Shown here piece by piece: positions 19,766 through 29,428 of a stretch of 64,000 nt of DNA. The notes under the pieces were generated by a model. That model was not told where the DNA came from. It did no database searches and saw only the letters and a list, made by a program, of their open reading frames with translations. Positions within the stretch are counted from its first letter, which is position 1. Every line of letters begins with the position of its first letter. A program made the position numbers and the translations under genes. The stretch is from Escherichia phage EcWhh-1. The DNA is taken from sequence record MH791409.1; one strand, 5' to 3'.

Positions 19766-20372
19766 TATTACGAAGGGATTCGATTGCTGCGATGTCGTCC
19801 CATGAATTAACCTTTACGGCCAAATTAGGTTTAAAGTCACGTTCACCACGTGCTAACCAATAAACTTGGATATCCATGAGAACATTAGATGCTGCATCGC
19901 AGTGGTGAGCCAAATCATCAACATAAAACTTAATACGTTTACCGTACGTATTTTTAGCTCTTATGAAGAGGTCTTCTTTTGATTCTGAATGACCGCACAT
20001 CAGAATCTCCTTGAATGCGCCAGGGAACAATGCATTCAAATTGAATTGTCTATTCAGCAGAGCATCAATTGAGTCGCCTAGCGCAGTCACGGCTACAAAA
20101 TCGAAGTCTTTTTTGAGCTTGTTGATATGTTTTAATGCGTCCATGTAAGGAGACAGATAACGAATAAAATCTGACTGATTATATTTCTCGATTAAACGAG
20201 CGCCTAATTCATTATCACAATTAAACAGCTCGCCTGGAGATAAGAAACGTTCGTCCTGAATCATATTCAAAATATGTTCTAAAGGCAAATTATATTTCTG
20301 TGCGAAATAAGGCAAGCCGGACTGCCAACTTAAACATACTCCATCGATATCTGTTAAGATAACTGGTTTCAT
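19734..20372 (-). CDS. HAD-superfamily phosphatase-like protein (30.2 position)
   Basis: 212 aa; N-terminal LTDIDGV matches the HAD DxDG motif. Confidence 0.55.
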   Translation of the reverse strand: MKPVILTDIDGVCLSWQSGLPYFAQKYNLPLEHILNMIQDERFLSPGELFNCDNELGARLIEKYNQSDFIRYLSPYMDALKHINKLKKDFDFVAVTALGDSIDALLNRQFNLNALFPGAFKEILMCGHSESKEDLFIRAKNTYGKRIKFYVDDLAHHCDAASNVLMDIQVYWLARGERDFKPNLAVKVNSWDDIAAIESLRNNAAVEWIARG

Positions 20373-20836
20373 AATAAATCTCTCAATTTGTTTAGGATGT
20401 CGATAAACTCTTTTTCAGTTAGTATTGTATCACATTCTGTGAGGTGGCTTGCCATCGAATGCTTTAAAACTTTACCTTTTGTGGATTGTAACGCATCGCG
20501 AAATCCTTTGTTTTGGAGCGCCGCTTCAAAATACGCACTTTCGTAAAGCTCTTTCCATGCTTCGGAATATCTTGAAAACGGAGTTCCAAGCCAGAACAAC
20601 GTGCCACGGTCCTGAGCTCTAGCATAAGCTCGTCCAGCTTTTTGCGCGTCCAACCCGGACATCCTAAATATACGTCTTTGTTGTTCAACATTTTTCACCT
20701 TGCATCCTTGGAGGAATCCTTCGAGTCCACCAAATTGGATATCATCCATAACGAAAGGCCATTTGGCAAAGTTACTTAATGCGCATGACGGCCATGGAAA
20801 GTTACTTCTAATTTCTAACTCAGACATCTTTGACAC
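20369..20836 (-). CDS. hypothetical protein (30.3 position), weak YbiA/DUF1768-like N-terminal motif
   Basis: 155 aa; LSNFAKWPF resembles the YbiA SNFxxWP signature, C-terminal half does not match. Confidence 0.45.
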   Translation of the reverse strand: MSKMSELEIRSNFPWPSCALSNFAKWPFVMDDIQFGGLEGFLQGCKVKNVEQQRRIFRMSGLDAQKAGRAYARAQDRGTLFWLGTPFSRYSEAWKELYESAYFEAALQNKGFRDALQSTKGKVLKHSMASHLTECDTILTEKEFIDILNKLRDLL

Positions 20837-21032
20837 TTACTACATCAACGTTTGCCCAATGACCATAAGCCGGTAGACGGTCTTCAATGGATAATCCACC
20901 GTCATATTTCAGCATTTTAATTGTTTTAGTATATGGTTCAATATTTCGGGCCCATGGACTTACATCAGTTACGCGATAAGTAACTTCAACCATTTCCCTA
21001 CCCAACAATTTCTGAATTAATTTCTTTAACAT
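20820..21032 (-). CDS. hypothetical protein
   Basis: 70-aa ORF in the compact 30.x block. Confidence 0.45.
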   Translation of the reverse strand: MLKKLIQKLLGREMVEVTYRVTDVSPWARNIEPYTKTIKMLKYDGGLSIEDRLPAYGHWANVDVVSVKDV

Positions 21033-21033
21033 A

Positions 21034-21228
21034 TTAACCTCGACGAAGCATTTTAATCAATGAAAGCTCTTCAACCATACGTACATCTTCAGTACCATCC
21101 ACCCATAAAACAGCGTAGGCTTCTTTAATTACTTTACCGTTAATTTTAAAAGCAGGTAAAACCTTTGAAATCATACCAGGAATACCTACACCTTTTAGCT
21201 GAACAGTTTGTGATAAGAATAGTTGCAT
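21034..21228 (-). CDS. hypothetical protein
   Basis: 64-aa ORF in the 30.x block. Confidence 0.45.
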   Translation of the reverse strand: MQLFLSQTVQLKGVGIPGMISKVLPAFKINGKVIKEAYAVLWVDGTEDVRMVEELSLIKMLRRG

Positions 21229-21515
21229 TAGAACCTCATCTGAAATCCATGTGATTTAACATTACCGCCGTAGATGTCAGAAGTATTGACTTCACGGGCG
21301 ACACTTGGGTCGATGTTAATATCATGGTTGAGCTTAGTGATTGCTAGGGTGTCACGACCATTGACTGTACGGAATTCTACTGGACAAACCACATCAGCAT
21401 AAGCCTTAATGGATTCACGAGTAGGCTGTTTGTCGGCAGGAACATCTTTACCGGCCTTAGAGAAAACAACTTCACAGAAATTTTTACGAGTATCGAAATA
21501 AGTGGTCATAAACAT
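21228..21515 (-). CDS. hypothetical protein
   Basis: track ORF 21228-21548; internal start likely because the 5-prime end is occupied by a GC hairpin. Confidence 0.45.
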   Translation of the reverse strand: MFMTTYFDTRKNFCEVVFSKAGKDVPADKQPTRESIKAYADVVCPVEFRTVNGRDTLAITKLNHDINIDPSVAREVNTSDIYGGNVKSHGFQMRF

Positions 21516-21530
21516 AATATTTTCCTCAAA

Positions 21531-21546
21531 GGAGGCCGAAGCCTCC
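21531..21546 (-). terminator. hairpin GGAGGC-CGAA-GCCTCC
   Basis: 6-bp GC stem after the stop of 21557-21922; overlaps the first ATG of the next ORF. Confidence 0.5.
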
Positions 21547-21556
21547 ATTTTTAAGA

Positions 21557-21922
21557 TTAGATATCGAATTCGTTCAGAACTACATCAAAGATTGCTTCCA
21601 GGTGTTCAGGTTTAGCTCGGTTGCTCAGGATGTGACGAATCCAAGTTTTAACCAGAAGCTTACGATTAACACCGTTCCAGCAAGGGTGGGTGCCTAAATC
21701 ACGTTGACGGAAATCATCATCTAAAGCGATTTTAAAAGTAGAACCTTCCATAGTGATTGAAACCGTAATACCATTTTCAAAGCGCATATAAACGTAGTTA
21801 GGAGTCATGCACTGTTCGATTTCACACACTGTACCGTTTTCGTGTTTCCATAGGCAAATAACTTCAGAAGAACCTGGGATACCGTTAGAAACATATTTAC
21901 GTTCAAAGTTGATGTAGTTCAT
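21557..21922 (-). CDS. hypothetical protein (promoter-cassette gene)
   Basis: 121 aa with dedicated early promoter and RBS. Confidence 0.55.
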   Translation of the reverse strand: MNYINFERKYVSNGIPGSSEVICLWKHENGTVCEIEQCMTPNYVYMRFENGITVSITMEGSTFKIALDDDFRQRDLGTHPCWNGVNRKLLVKTWIRHILSNRAKPEHLEAIFDVVLNEFDI

Positions 21923-21950
21923 TTTATTCTCCAGTTTGTTTTCGTATTAT

Positions 21951-21993
21951 TTGGTACAGGTCTATAATAACACAACCTGTACCAAAGTAAAAC
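21951..21993 (-). promoter_or_regulatory. early promoter/stem-loop cassette (PeSL-like)
   Basis: TTGGTACAGG...CCTGTACCAA inverted repeat enclosing the -10; upstream region near-identical to that of the next gene. Confidence 0.55.
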
Positions 21994-21995
21994 AT

Positions 21996-22328
21996 TTATT
22001 TCACAACATTCCAATTTTTCATATCAAGTTTACCAACTTTTTTCATCTGAGCAATCAGACGTTCAGCGCGTGTACGGGCATTAACGTAATAGAATTCACC
22101 AATTTTGTTTTCTTCAATACGACCAGTAATTACAGTTTTCAGTTCATAAATCCAACCTGTAAAGAAGTTGTGAAGCTCGATGGTAAATGTGAAATCAGTA
22201 CCCATACCTTCTGTTGTTTCAACTTCGATGATATCACCTTCAACTGCAGTCAGGACCCACATGGTTTCTTGATATTCACCGTTGAAACATTTAGCTTTAA
22301 CAGATGCATTCAGGTTTACAGTTTTCAT
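21996..22328 (-). CDS. hypothetical protein (promoter-cassette gene)
   Basis: 110 aa; 5-prime leader and RBS near-identical to 21923-21960. Confidence 0.55.
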   Translation of the reverse strand: MKTVNLNASVKAKCFNGEYQETMWVLTAVEGDIIEVETTEGMGTDFTFTIELHNFFTGWIYELKTVITGRIEENKIGEFYYVNARTRAERLIAQMKKVGKLDMKNWNVVK

Positions 22329-22356
22329 TTTATTCTCCGGTTTGTTTTCGTATTAT

Positions 22357-22399
22357 TTGGTACATGTCTATAGTATCATGCCTACCGGAGATGTATACC
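22357..22399 (-). promoter_or_regulatory. early promoter/stem-loop cassette (PeSL-like)
   Basis: GGTACATGTCTATAGTATCATG core; CTCCGG/CCGGAG stem includes the RBS. Confidence 0.55.
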
Positions 22400-22426
22400 C
22401 TTTTTTAAAGATTTAGAAACAAAAAT

Positions 22427-22444
22427 GGGACTCCGAAGAGTCCC
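22427..22444 (-). terminator. hairpin GGGACTC-CGAA-GAGTCCC
   Basis: 7-bp stem, UUCG loop on the - transcript, after the small basic ORF. Confidence 0.55.
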
Positions 22445-22449
22445 ATAAC

Positions 22450-22611
22450 TTATGCAATAACTTTACCGAAGCAAGCAGCATCTGCACGCAATACTGCACG
22501 AGCACGAGCTTGAAGCTTATCAACTACCTGATTGATACGCTTGTTAGACGCACGCTTGTAACCAGCGCGTTTAGAGGTTCCGTCAACTACTTTAACTTCT
22601 TTCTTAGCCAT
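22450..22611 (-). CDS. small Lys/Arg-rich protein of unknown function
   Basis: 53-aa ORF (MAKKEVKVVDGTSKRAGYKRASNKRINQ...) not in the track; flanked by a terminator and a 350-nt ORF-free region. Confidence 0.4.
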   Translation of the reverse strand: MAKKEVKVVDGTSKRAGYKRASNKRINQVVDKLQARARAVLRADAACFGKVIA

Positions 22612-22964
22612 TTTTTAAATCTCTTAAATTAGGATGCAGGACTTATTGGCACTGCCTGCGCAAGCCCTCAAGGGGAACATAGGTTTTAGATATTTAACGA
22701 CAGGATAACCGTAAACCTCGTCATCATAGCTCTTATCTGTTGCACACCGTTAGCTTAAAGGTTCCGGGTTCGATTTCTCGAGGATAAGATATATACTGAT
22801 GGATATAGGCCTTGAGGCGTACTCCCGATTGGCCATCACCTCGGGGTAGCATGCACTTGCCGCTATAAAATACCATTCAAGAGGTACACCGTAAAACTGC
22901 CGGGGGTCTTAAAACTATAATGATTCGCAAATCATTAATCAGACAGTTCGACGGCTCCTCGATT

Positions 22965-23213
22965 TTACTTCAGGGTAATAATAAAATGACGTACTGCTTT
23001 ACGAGCTGCTGAAGCCAAAGGCTTAGCATATTTCAGTTCATCTTTTGCTTCCAATTCAGCAGCCAGAGTAGCCTGAGCAGGATTAAGATGTTTGAAATAA
23101 CGCAGGATTTCCAGTGCTTCGGCTTCAACATCAATAGATGCGCCGTAGTTTTCGTGACCGTTGTTCCAAGCGTTGCGTTGCAGTTCAAGAGCGTGATTCA
23201 GATGTTTGTTCAT
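22965..23213 (-). CDS. rIII: rIII lysis inhibition accessory protein
   Basis: from internal ATG (MNKHLNHALELQRNAWNNGHENYG...) about 82 aa, matches T4 rIII. Confidence 0.85.
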   Translation of the reverse strand: MNKHLNHALELQRNAWNNGHENYGASIDVEAEALEILRYFKHLNPAQATLAAELEAKDELKYAKPLASAARKAVRHFIITLK

Positions 23214-23373
23214 TTTAAATTCTCGATTCGAGATAAAGATTGGTGGACACGTTCTTCTGAATTTCACTTCCTTTCGGCAAGTCTCTCAGTTGTAGTCCAC
23301 CGCTTAGGATTAGCTAACCCCATACACCAGCAAAGCTCTGTATGACATTAGCCAATCCATATTATTATTTATA

Positions 23374-23697
23374 TCACTTATAAAGACACGGAATAGCTTT
23401 ATAGTGGCAGGTAACGAATTTCTGTTTAATTTCTTTAGGCTGCTTAATACCAAGTGCAACTAAAGGATGAGGCACGTTAGCAATCTTACCAACAGGAAGT
23501 GGAGTCAAATCGCCTACTTCACAAAAACCTTCAGGGACATCAGGTCCTACAGAATAAATTTCACAAAGTTCAGGGATTTCACCTTGATGAAGTTTGCCAA
23601 TAACGATACCAGATGCAGTAGTTTCTTCATCACCAGCTTGTTTTGGTTCGGAAACGAGAATAACATATTCTCCGACCGCTTTAATAGGAAGTTCCAT
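23374..23697 (-). CDS. 31: co-chaperonin gp31 (GroES-like)
   Basis: 107 aa; matches T4 gp31 ([12 protein letters not shown]...[15 protein letters not shown]). Confidence 0.92.
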   Translation of the reverse strand: MELPIKAVGEYVILVSEPKQAGDEETTASGIVIGKLHQGEIPELCEIYSVGPDVPEGFCEVGDLTPLPVGKIANVPHPLVALGIKQPKEIKQKFVTCHYKAIPCLYK

Positions 23698-23755
23698 ATT
23701 TAATCCATGTTGTTTTGTTGATAGATTAATAATAACACGCTATTCTTAAAGCATA

Positions 23756-24055
23756 TTACAGGACAAGCAGAGTTTCAGTCTGAAGCCCATTAATAGAAAT
23801 CAGTTTATCGAAACGGAATGAACGCCAGTCATTAACCTTGGTATCAAATACACGAATATAATTAACCGGTTCTTTATTAGCTTCTGGGCCCGGGGCTTGA
23901 ATTTCTTTATACGGGAGGAGGTCCAGGTCGCGAGTACAAGTCATACGACGAACGCTACCATCCGCCTTTTCAAACAGAACTTCGTGAGTACCCACGGACA
24001 GAATAGTCTTGGCTTTTTCACGGAGTCGAATAGTTTCTTGTTCAGTTAAAATCAT
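23756..24055 (-). CDS. hypothetical protein (31.1 position)
   Basis: 99-aa ORF. Confidence 0.5.
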   Translation of the reverse strand: MILTEQETIRLREKAKTILSVGTHEVLFEKADGSVRRMTCTRDLDLLPYKEIQAPGPEANKEPVNYIRVFDTKVNDWRSFRFDKLISINGLQTETLLVL

Positions 24056-24057
24056 AA

Positions 24058-24291
24058 TTATTCCAGAATAGTTTTAATAGTGGTTGCATTACGCTCTTTT
24101 AGAGCTCTTAGTAGGCTATGGCAATTATCAAGAATAGGCACCGTTTTGTATTTCATGTTGGCATAGACCCACTCAGATTTATAGTACGATTTCCATCGAG
24201 AGAAAAAGTACTTTTTGTATTCTACCGAATAGGCTACTAAGCTTTCACCTTTTGAATTCAGACCTGAAAACTTCACTAATCGAAATTTCAT
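24058..24291 (-). CDS. hypothetical protein (31.2 position)
   Basis: 77-aa ORF. Confidence 0.5.
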   Translation of the reverse strand: MKFRLVKFSGLNSKGESLVAYSVEYKKYFFSRWKSYYKSEWVYANMKYKTVPILDNCHSLLRALKERNATTIKTILE

Positions 24292-24836
24292 TATTCACCA
24301 CAATAGTTTTGAATTGATTCCCAGTTCAGAGAACGGAGGCCAGTACGGTTATACTGGATAACTTCGATGCCTGATTCACGGAGGATATCATCCCATCCTT
24401 CAGGATTTCGGTCATAGAGTTCAGCATAAACCAGCGTTTTAATTCCGGACTGCGCAATAGACTTAGCACAATCTGCACACGGGGACAGTGTCACATACAT
24501 CGTAGCGCCGTCAATAGAACTTCCTGTACGAGCTGCGAACAGGATAGCATTCAGTTCGGCATGGATTTCATTTTTGGATGACCATGCGGCATGAGCCATA
24601 CGATGTTCTTTAAGAAGAATCGATTTATGGGTCATTCGTGCTGGGTCATACACAACACGAGTCCAGTCCTGTTCCACTGCATGGTCACAACAGTTAACAC
24701 CACCGGACGGAGAACCATTATATCCTGTAGAGATAATGCGACCATTCTTTTCGATAACGGCACCCACTTTCCATGAACAACATTTTGATTCCTGAGAAAT
24801 CAGATAGGCAATCTGAAGATATGTACTTGCTTTCAT
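24291..24836 (-). CDS. cd: dCMP deaminase
   Basis: 181 aa; zinc deaminase motifs HAE and PCADC. Confidence 0.88.
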   Translation of the reverse strand: MKASTYLQIAYLISQESKCCSWKVGAVIEKNGRIISTGYNGSPSGGVNCCDHAVEQDWTRVVYDPARMTHKSILLKEHRMAHAAWSSKNEIHAELNAILFAARTGSSIDGATMYVTLSPCADCAKSIAQSGIKTLVYAELYDRNPEGWDDILRESGIEVIQYNRTGLRSLNWESIQNYCGE

Positions 24837-25066
24837 TCTACGAACACTCGCTGCGCTTCGACCAGACCATCGGAACCAAGTTTTAACTGGGTAATCTGGC
24901 CGCCATTTTTAGGATTAACGATAACCAATACCGCACGTGGTGATTCCTGAATTACTCGCAGAGTTGCATCAGGAAAACGTACAGAAACCTTATTAATCAG
25001 AGCCTGAGCAAATTCTTTAACTTTAACTTGGAACTGCTCTACAGTAATAGGTTGTTCGCTCAGCAT
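24833..25066 (-). CDS. hypothetical protein (cd.1 position)
   Basis: 77-aa ORF overlapping the cd start. Confidence 0.5.
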   Translation of the reverse strand: MLSEQPITVEQFQVKVKEFAQALINKVSVRFPDATLRVIQESPRAVLVIVNPKNGGQITQLKLGSDGLVEAQRVFVE

Positions 25067-25620
25067 TAGATGGTCTCCAACTTAAGTTGTTTGGTAGTGG
25101 TAGCTTGGGTAACGTCGCCCTTAACAATATAACACACTTGTTGGAACGAACTGGTCAAAAGCTCTTCGGCTTGACGGTCGGCTTGTTCCTTTGTGTTATG
25201 GTGAGAATGGACTTCAATCTTACCATTTTTAACAATAAGCACTTTCCAATCAGCAGTGGCTTTTACTGGTTTAGGTTCCGGCTTTACGGCAATACTCGTA
25301 GTAGCCAGTGGACGTACCACTTCAATAAAGTATTCGAATTCATGGCCAAAAAAGCCTGTTGAGTTAAAAAGAACACCATTTGCATCATCAGGATTACCTG
25401 TGATTTTGCTCGGGTCGACAAACATCATCTCGTCATATACACGAATTCGGCTTACACGCTCACGCCCATTATGGTAATCAATTTCAACTTCAAACGGGTT
25501 CATACCTACATACTTAGCGAAAGCCGTATTGAGGCCATAAGCGCCGTTATTAGTGAATTTGTTTTTAGCGTATTCACCAGTGAACTTATAAAGCTTACCC
25601 TCTTCAAAGAACTTACTCAT
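25066..25620 (-). CDS. hypothetical protein
   Basis: 184 aa with its own early promoter. Confidence 0.55.
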   Translation of the reverse strand: MSKFFEEGKLYKFTGEYAKNKFTNNGAYGLNTAFAKYVGMNPFEVEIDYHNGRERVSRIRVYDEMMFVDPSKITGNPDDANGVLFNSTGFFGHEFEYFIEVVRPLATTSIAVKPEPKPVKATADWKVLIVKNGKIEVHSHHNTKEQADRQAEELLTSSFQQVCYIVKGDVTQATTTKQLKLETI

Positions 25621-25636
25621 TTCGATTTCCTCATGT

Positions 25637-25678
25637 GTTGGTAGGACTACTATACTACAGTCCTACCATGATGTAAAC
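25637..25678 (-). promoter_or_regulatory. early promoter/stem-loop cassette (PeSL-like)
   Basis: GGTAGGACT...AGTCCTACC stem around TATAGT; GTTTAC -35 on the - strand. Confidence 0.55.
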
Positions 25679-25680
25679 AC

Positions 25681-25959
25681 TTAAATTGCTTCGACAACTA
25701 CCGTTTGTTTCTGGAAGTCCATTTTGCATGAAATGGCCAAAATGTGGTTATCAATTTTAAATGGAACAATTGCAAATGCTGCACCAGGCGTGAGTTGAAC
25801 AGTGATTGCATCAACTGCATCTGGGAACATGATTTCCAGAATAGCAGACAAACGTCCGTGAACTTTTAGTTCAATCGAGGTGTCGACGGGTTCGTATAGG
25901 TAATCAGATACAATCTGACTAAAAACTACTTTAACAATTTCGGAATAAGTAGGGAACAT
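25681..25959 (-). CDS. hypothetical protein
   Basis: 92-aa ORF. Confidence 0.5.
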   Translation of the reverse strand: MFPTYSEIVKVVFSQIVSDYLYEPVDTSIELKVHGRLSAILEIMFPDAVDAITVQLTPGAAFAIVPFKIDNHILAISCKMDFQKQTVVVEAI

Positions 25960-25966
25960 AATTACC

Positions 25967-26182
25967 TCAGTGTACTGTATGGACCTTCACGTTAACAATA
26001 AACCGGTCAACGACTTCAGTCAGAGGAACGAACTCAACATAGTACTCGCCTTTATAACGTTCATTCAAATCGTTACGGAGAGCCGCTAGTGAGTTAATGA
26101 GGGTAGGAGACATATTCTGACCTACTAGTTTCTGAAGCTCTTTATAAGCTTCTTCTTCAACTTCATGGTGTTTGTTATACAT
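25967..26182 (-). CDS. hypothetical protein
   Basis: track ORF 25967-26287 trimmed to an internal ATG to remove overlap with the next gene. Confidence 0.4.
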   Translation of the reverse strand: MYNKHHEVEEEAYKELQKLVGQNMSPTLINSLAALRNDLNERYKGEYYVEFVPLTEVVDRFIVNVKVHTVH

Positions 26183-26371
26183 AATTTTCTTCCAAGAAGG
26201 CAAGGAGTTCAGGGGCGGATTTAAAAATACCACCATCGACCTTGTCCTCATCTTTATAGTCCATAACATCCAGGCCAATACGTCCATCAGTTAAAGGCCA
26301 TACGCCGAAGAAAAAGCATTTACGTTTTTCAATTTCTTCGATTGTACGAAAAATCTTTTCGATATTATTCA

Positions 26372-26372
<1 letters not shown>
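26175..26372 (-). CDS. hypothetical protein
   Basis: 65-aa ORF abutting the pseT stop. Confidence 0.45.
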
Positions 26373-27590
<1,218 letters not shown>

Positions 27591-27594
<4 letters not shown>

Positions 27595-28073
27595 ACACCA
27601 AGCTCCTTATAAAGTTCTTCGCGACAGGTTTTCAGAAGTTTACCACTTTCATATGCTGATTTTTCATCAACATCACCTAAAGCCACAGCTTGCTGCATCT
27701 GGCCGTGGCGTTTAGCTGCGTATTCAAAACTTTTTACTAGCTCACGAATACGTTCTTTTTCATTGTACTCTTCAATGAATTCAGGGTATTCCCAAACAGG
27801 TCGCATCATACGATACCACTGTTGGATGGTAATATAATTACTTCCGTTCAAATTAATAATCTGTGAAGGCTCAATAGACCCTGGAGCATAAAAAGTTACC
27901 TGTCTTACTACATCAATACCGTCCACAATAGCCCAAGCAAAATCGAAAGTTGCCTTCTTTTCAATAGGAGTGCTTGCACAGGACCCTAGTTTAAGGAGCT
28001 TTTGTAATACAGGAGATTTAATACTTGAAATGTATTCAGGCTTAGCCACAAAACTGTTATCACGTAATGTCAT
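27591..28073 (-). CDS. hypothetical protein
   Basis: track ORF trimmed to the ATG with GAGG RBS just downstream of a promoter cassette. Confidence 0.5.
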
Positions 28074-28094
28074 AATAATTTCCTCAATTTTTAT

Positions 28095-28137
28095 AATCCG
28101 TAGGAGCATTATACTCTGCTCCCAAGAGTTTGTAAAC
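28095..28137 (-). promoter_or_regulatory. early promoter/stem-loop cassette (PeSL-like)
   Basis: GGAGCA...TGCTCC stem; GTTTAC -35. Confidence 0.5.
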
Positions 28138-28240
28138 TATTTCCCAAAAATACCATTCATACACAGGCTGAACACGATACCAAAGCAAAAACATGCAGCA
28201 CCGAATTTAAAAACGTCCCACCCATCGATACAGGCTTCAA

Positions 28241-28531
28241 TCATTTGCACTTCTCCTCTTTTAGTCCGGAACGATAATAACATAACATAGATTTCTGGTC
28301 TTGTACATATCTTTTTACGTCGTTCAACCAAATTCTGTGTTCTTGCGAGTCTTCAAATGGCATACCAACCCAAGCCTTACCGTCGATTACCTTAACCTGC
28401 CATTTAACATTATGTTCGGCAATAGGTTGTGGCCATGAAGGGTGGAGTTGTTGCTTAGGCGCTACAGGGATGTCCTGGGCACATCCAACTAACAAGCCAA
28501 TAGATAACATTACAGCAGCCAATTTAATCAT
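28241..28531 (-). CDS. o-spanin (outer-membrane lipoprotein)
   Basis: 96 aa; signal peptide with lipobox LLVGC; follows the i-spanin (T4 pseT.2 position). Confidence 0.7.
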   Translation of the reverse strand: MIKLAAVMLSIGLLVGCAQDIPVAPKQQLHPSWPQPIAEHNVKWQVKVIDGKAWVGMPFEDSQEHRIWLNDVKRYVQDQKSMLCYYRSGLKEEKCK

Positions 28532-28881
28532 TCTGTGATGCTCCTGAAGTCTTCTGTAAAGGAATCGAAGGACTTGTTGATTTGTTTTTCGACCAATCCT
28601 GGCTTACTTGCCACCACGTGCGCCTTCTTCGAATCTTTACGGAGCTTTTCATTTTCTGCCTTAATTTTATCCATTCGGGCATTCATTTCAGTAGTACGGA
28701 ATTCAATATCAGAGTATTGACCACGAAGGTCATCAACAGCTTCAGCGTTCTGTTTAGCTGTTTGCTGGGTTGTTTTCAGTTCTTCAGTAAGGGTATCAAT
28801 ACGGCTTGATTGATACGAAATAAGACTGTAAGCACCTACTACAATGGCTCCAGCTAAAAGGTAAATACTTAATTTAGACAT
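28528..28881 (-). CDS. i-spanin (type II inner-membrane protein with coiled coil)
   Basis: 117 aa; N-terminal TM helix then charged helical region (T4 pseT.3 position). Confidence 0.7.
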   Translation of the reverse strand: MSKLSIYLLAGAIVVGAYSLISYQSSRIDTLTEELKTTQQTAKQNAEAVDDLRGQYSDIEFRTTEMNARMDKIKAENEKLRKDSKKAHVVASKPGLVEKQINKSFDSFTEDFRSITE

Positions 28882-29369
28882 TTGGTAATAATCTCGATGA
28901 TGTCATCACGTGACAGGGAGTTGATAAGAACCGTTTTAGGATTTTCACACTGAATTTTGTATGTTTCAAACATCACACACAATTCTTCAGCGGTATGGTA
29001 AGGGCTGGAAATGCCAAGGCGATTAAACTTGTCACTTAATGGGTCGCAAATCAAATAGAATGTGATTCCTGCGATTTTAACATTAGGCTGACTGATATTA
29101 ATGAATACCTCAGCATCATACTTAGAAAGGTTGTTTTGGAGAAACTCTACCATAGAATTAACTGCTTCAGGCATGGCCTCACGCTTTTCTTCTGCATAAC
29201 GGGTAGAATATTCTTTTTGCTTGATTTTCTTTTTAGCATTTTTAGCTAAAGTAACCCGAAGATCGGTAAGGTAACCTACCGCACGAGAACCTTTGAAAAC
29301 TTGGATACCGTCAGTAGAATCACCAAAAGCTTTAACAACCATTTCGTTAGTAATCATTTGCATATTCAT
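28869..29369 (-). CDS. alc: Alc-like protein (synteny only)
   Basis: 166 aa (T4 Alc 167 aa), between rnlA and the spanins. Confidence 0.5.
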   Translation of the reverse strand: MNMQMITNEMVVKAFGDSTDGIQVFKGSRAVGYLTDLRVTLAKNAKKKIKQKEYSTRYAEEKREAMPEAVNSMVEFLQNNLSKYDAEVFINISQPNVKIAGITFYLICDPLSDKFNRLGISSPYHTAEELCVMFETYKIQCENPKTVLINSLSRDDIIEIITKCLN

Positions 29370-29384
29370 TTTGTTTTCTCCTCA

Positions 29385-29428
29385 TTAGTTGGTAAGTCTA
29401 TACTAACATGTCATGAGGAGATGTAAAC
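29385..29428 (-). promoter_or_regulatory. early promoter/stem-loop cassette (PeSL-like)
   Basis: CTCCTCAT...ATGAGGAG stem pairs the RBS/start codon; GTTTAC -35. Confidence 0.55.

Noticed and set aside
22770-22800. GGTTCGATT motif resembling a tRNA T-loop
   Set aside because: No complementary T-stem, acceptor stem or D-arm could be built around it on either strand; not called as a tRNA.
22965-23267. Extended N-termini in the supplied track (rIII from 23267, uvsY from 5903, gp51 from 6908, nrdB from 32225, denA from 31010)
   Set aside because: Internal ATGs match known T4 protein starts or avoid promoter/terminator elements; the upstream extensions come from the ORF caller taking the longest frame or alternative start codons.
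28137-28331. 64-aa ORF overlapping the o-spanin gene
   Set aside because: Mostly overlaps the o-spanin in another frame; at most a short hydrophobic peptide from an internal ATG near 28244 could be real, which is too uncertain to call.
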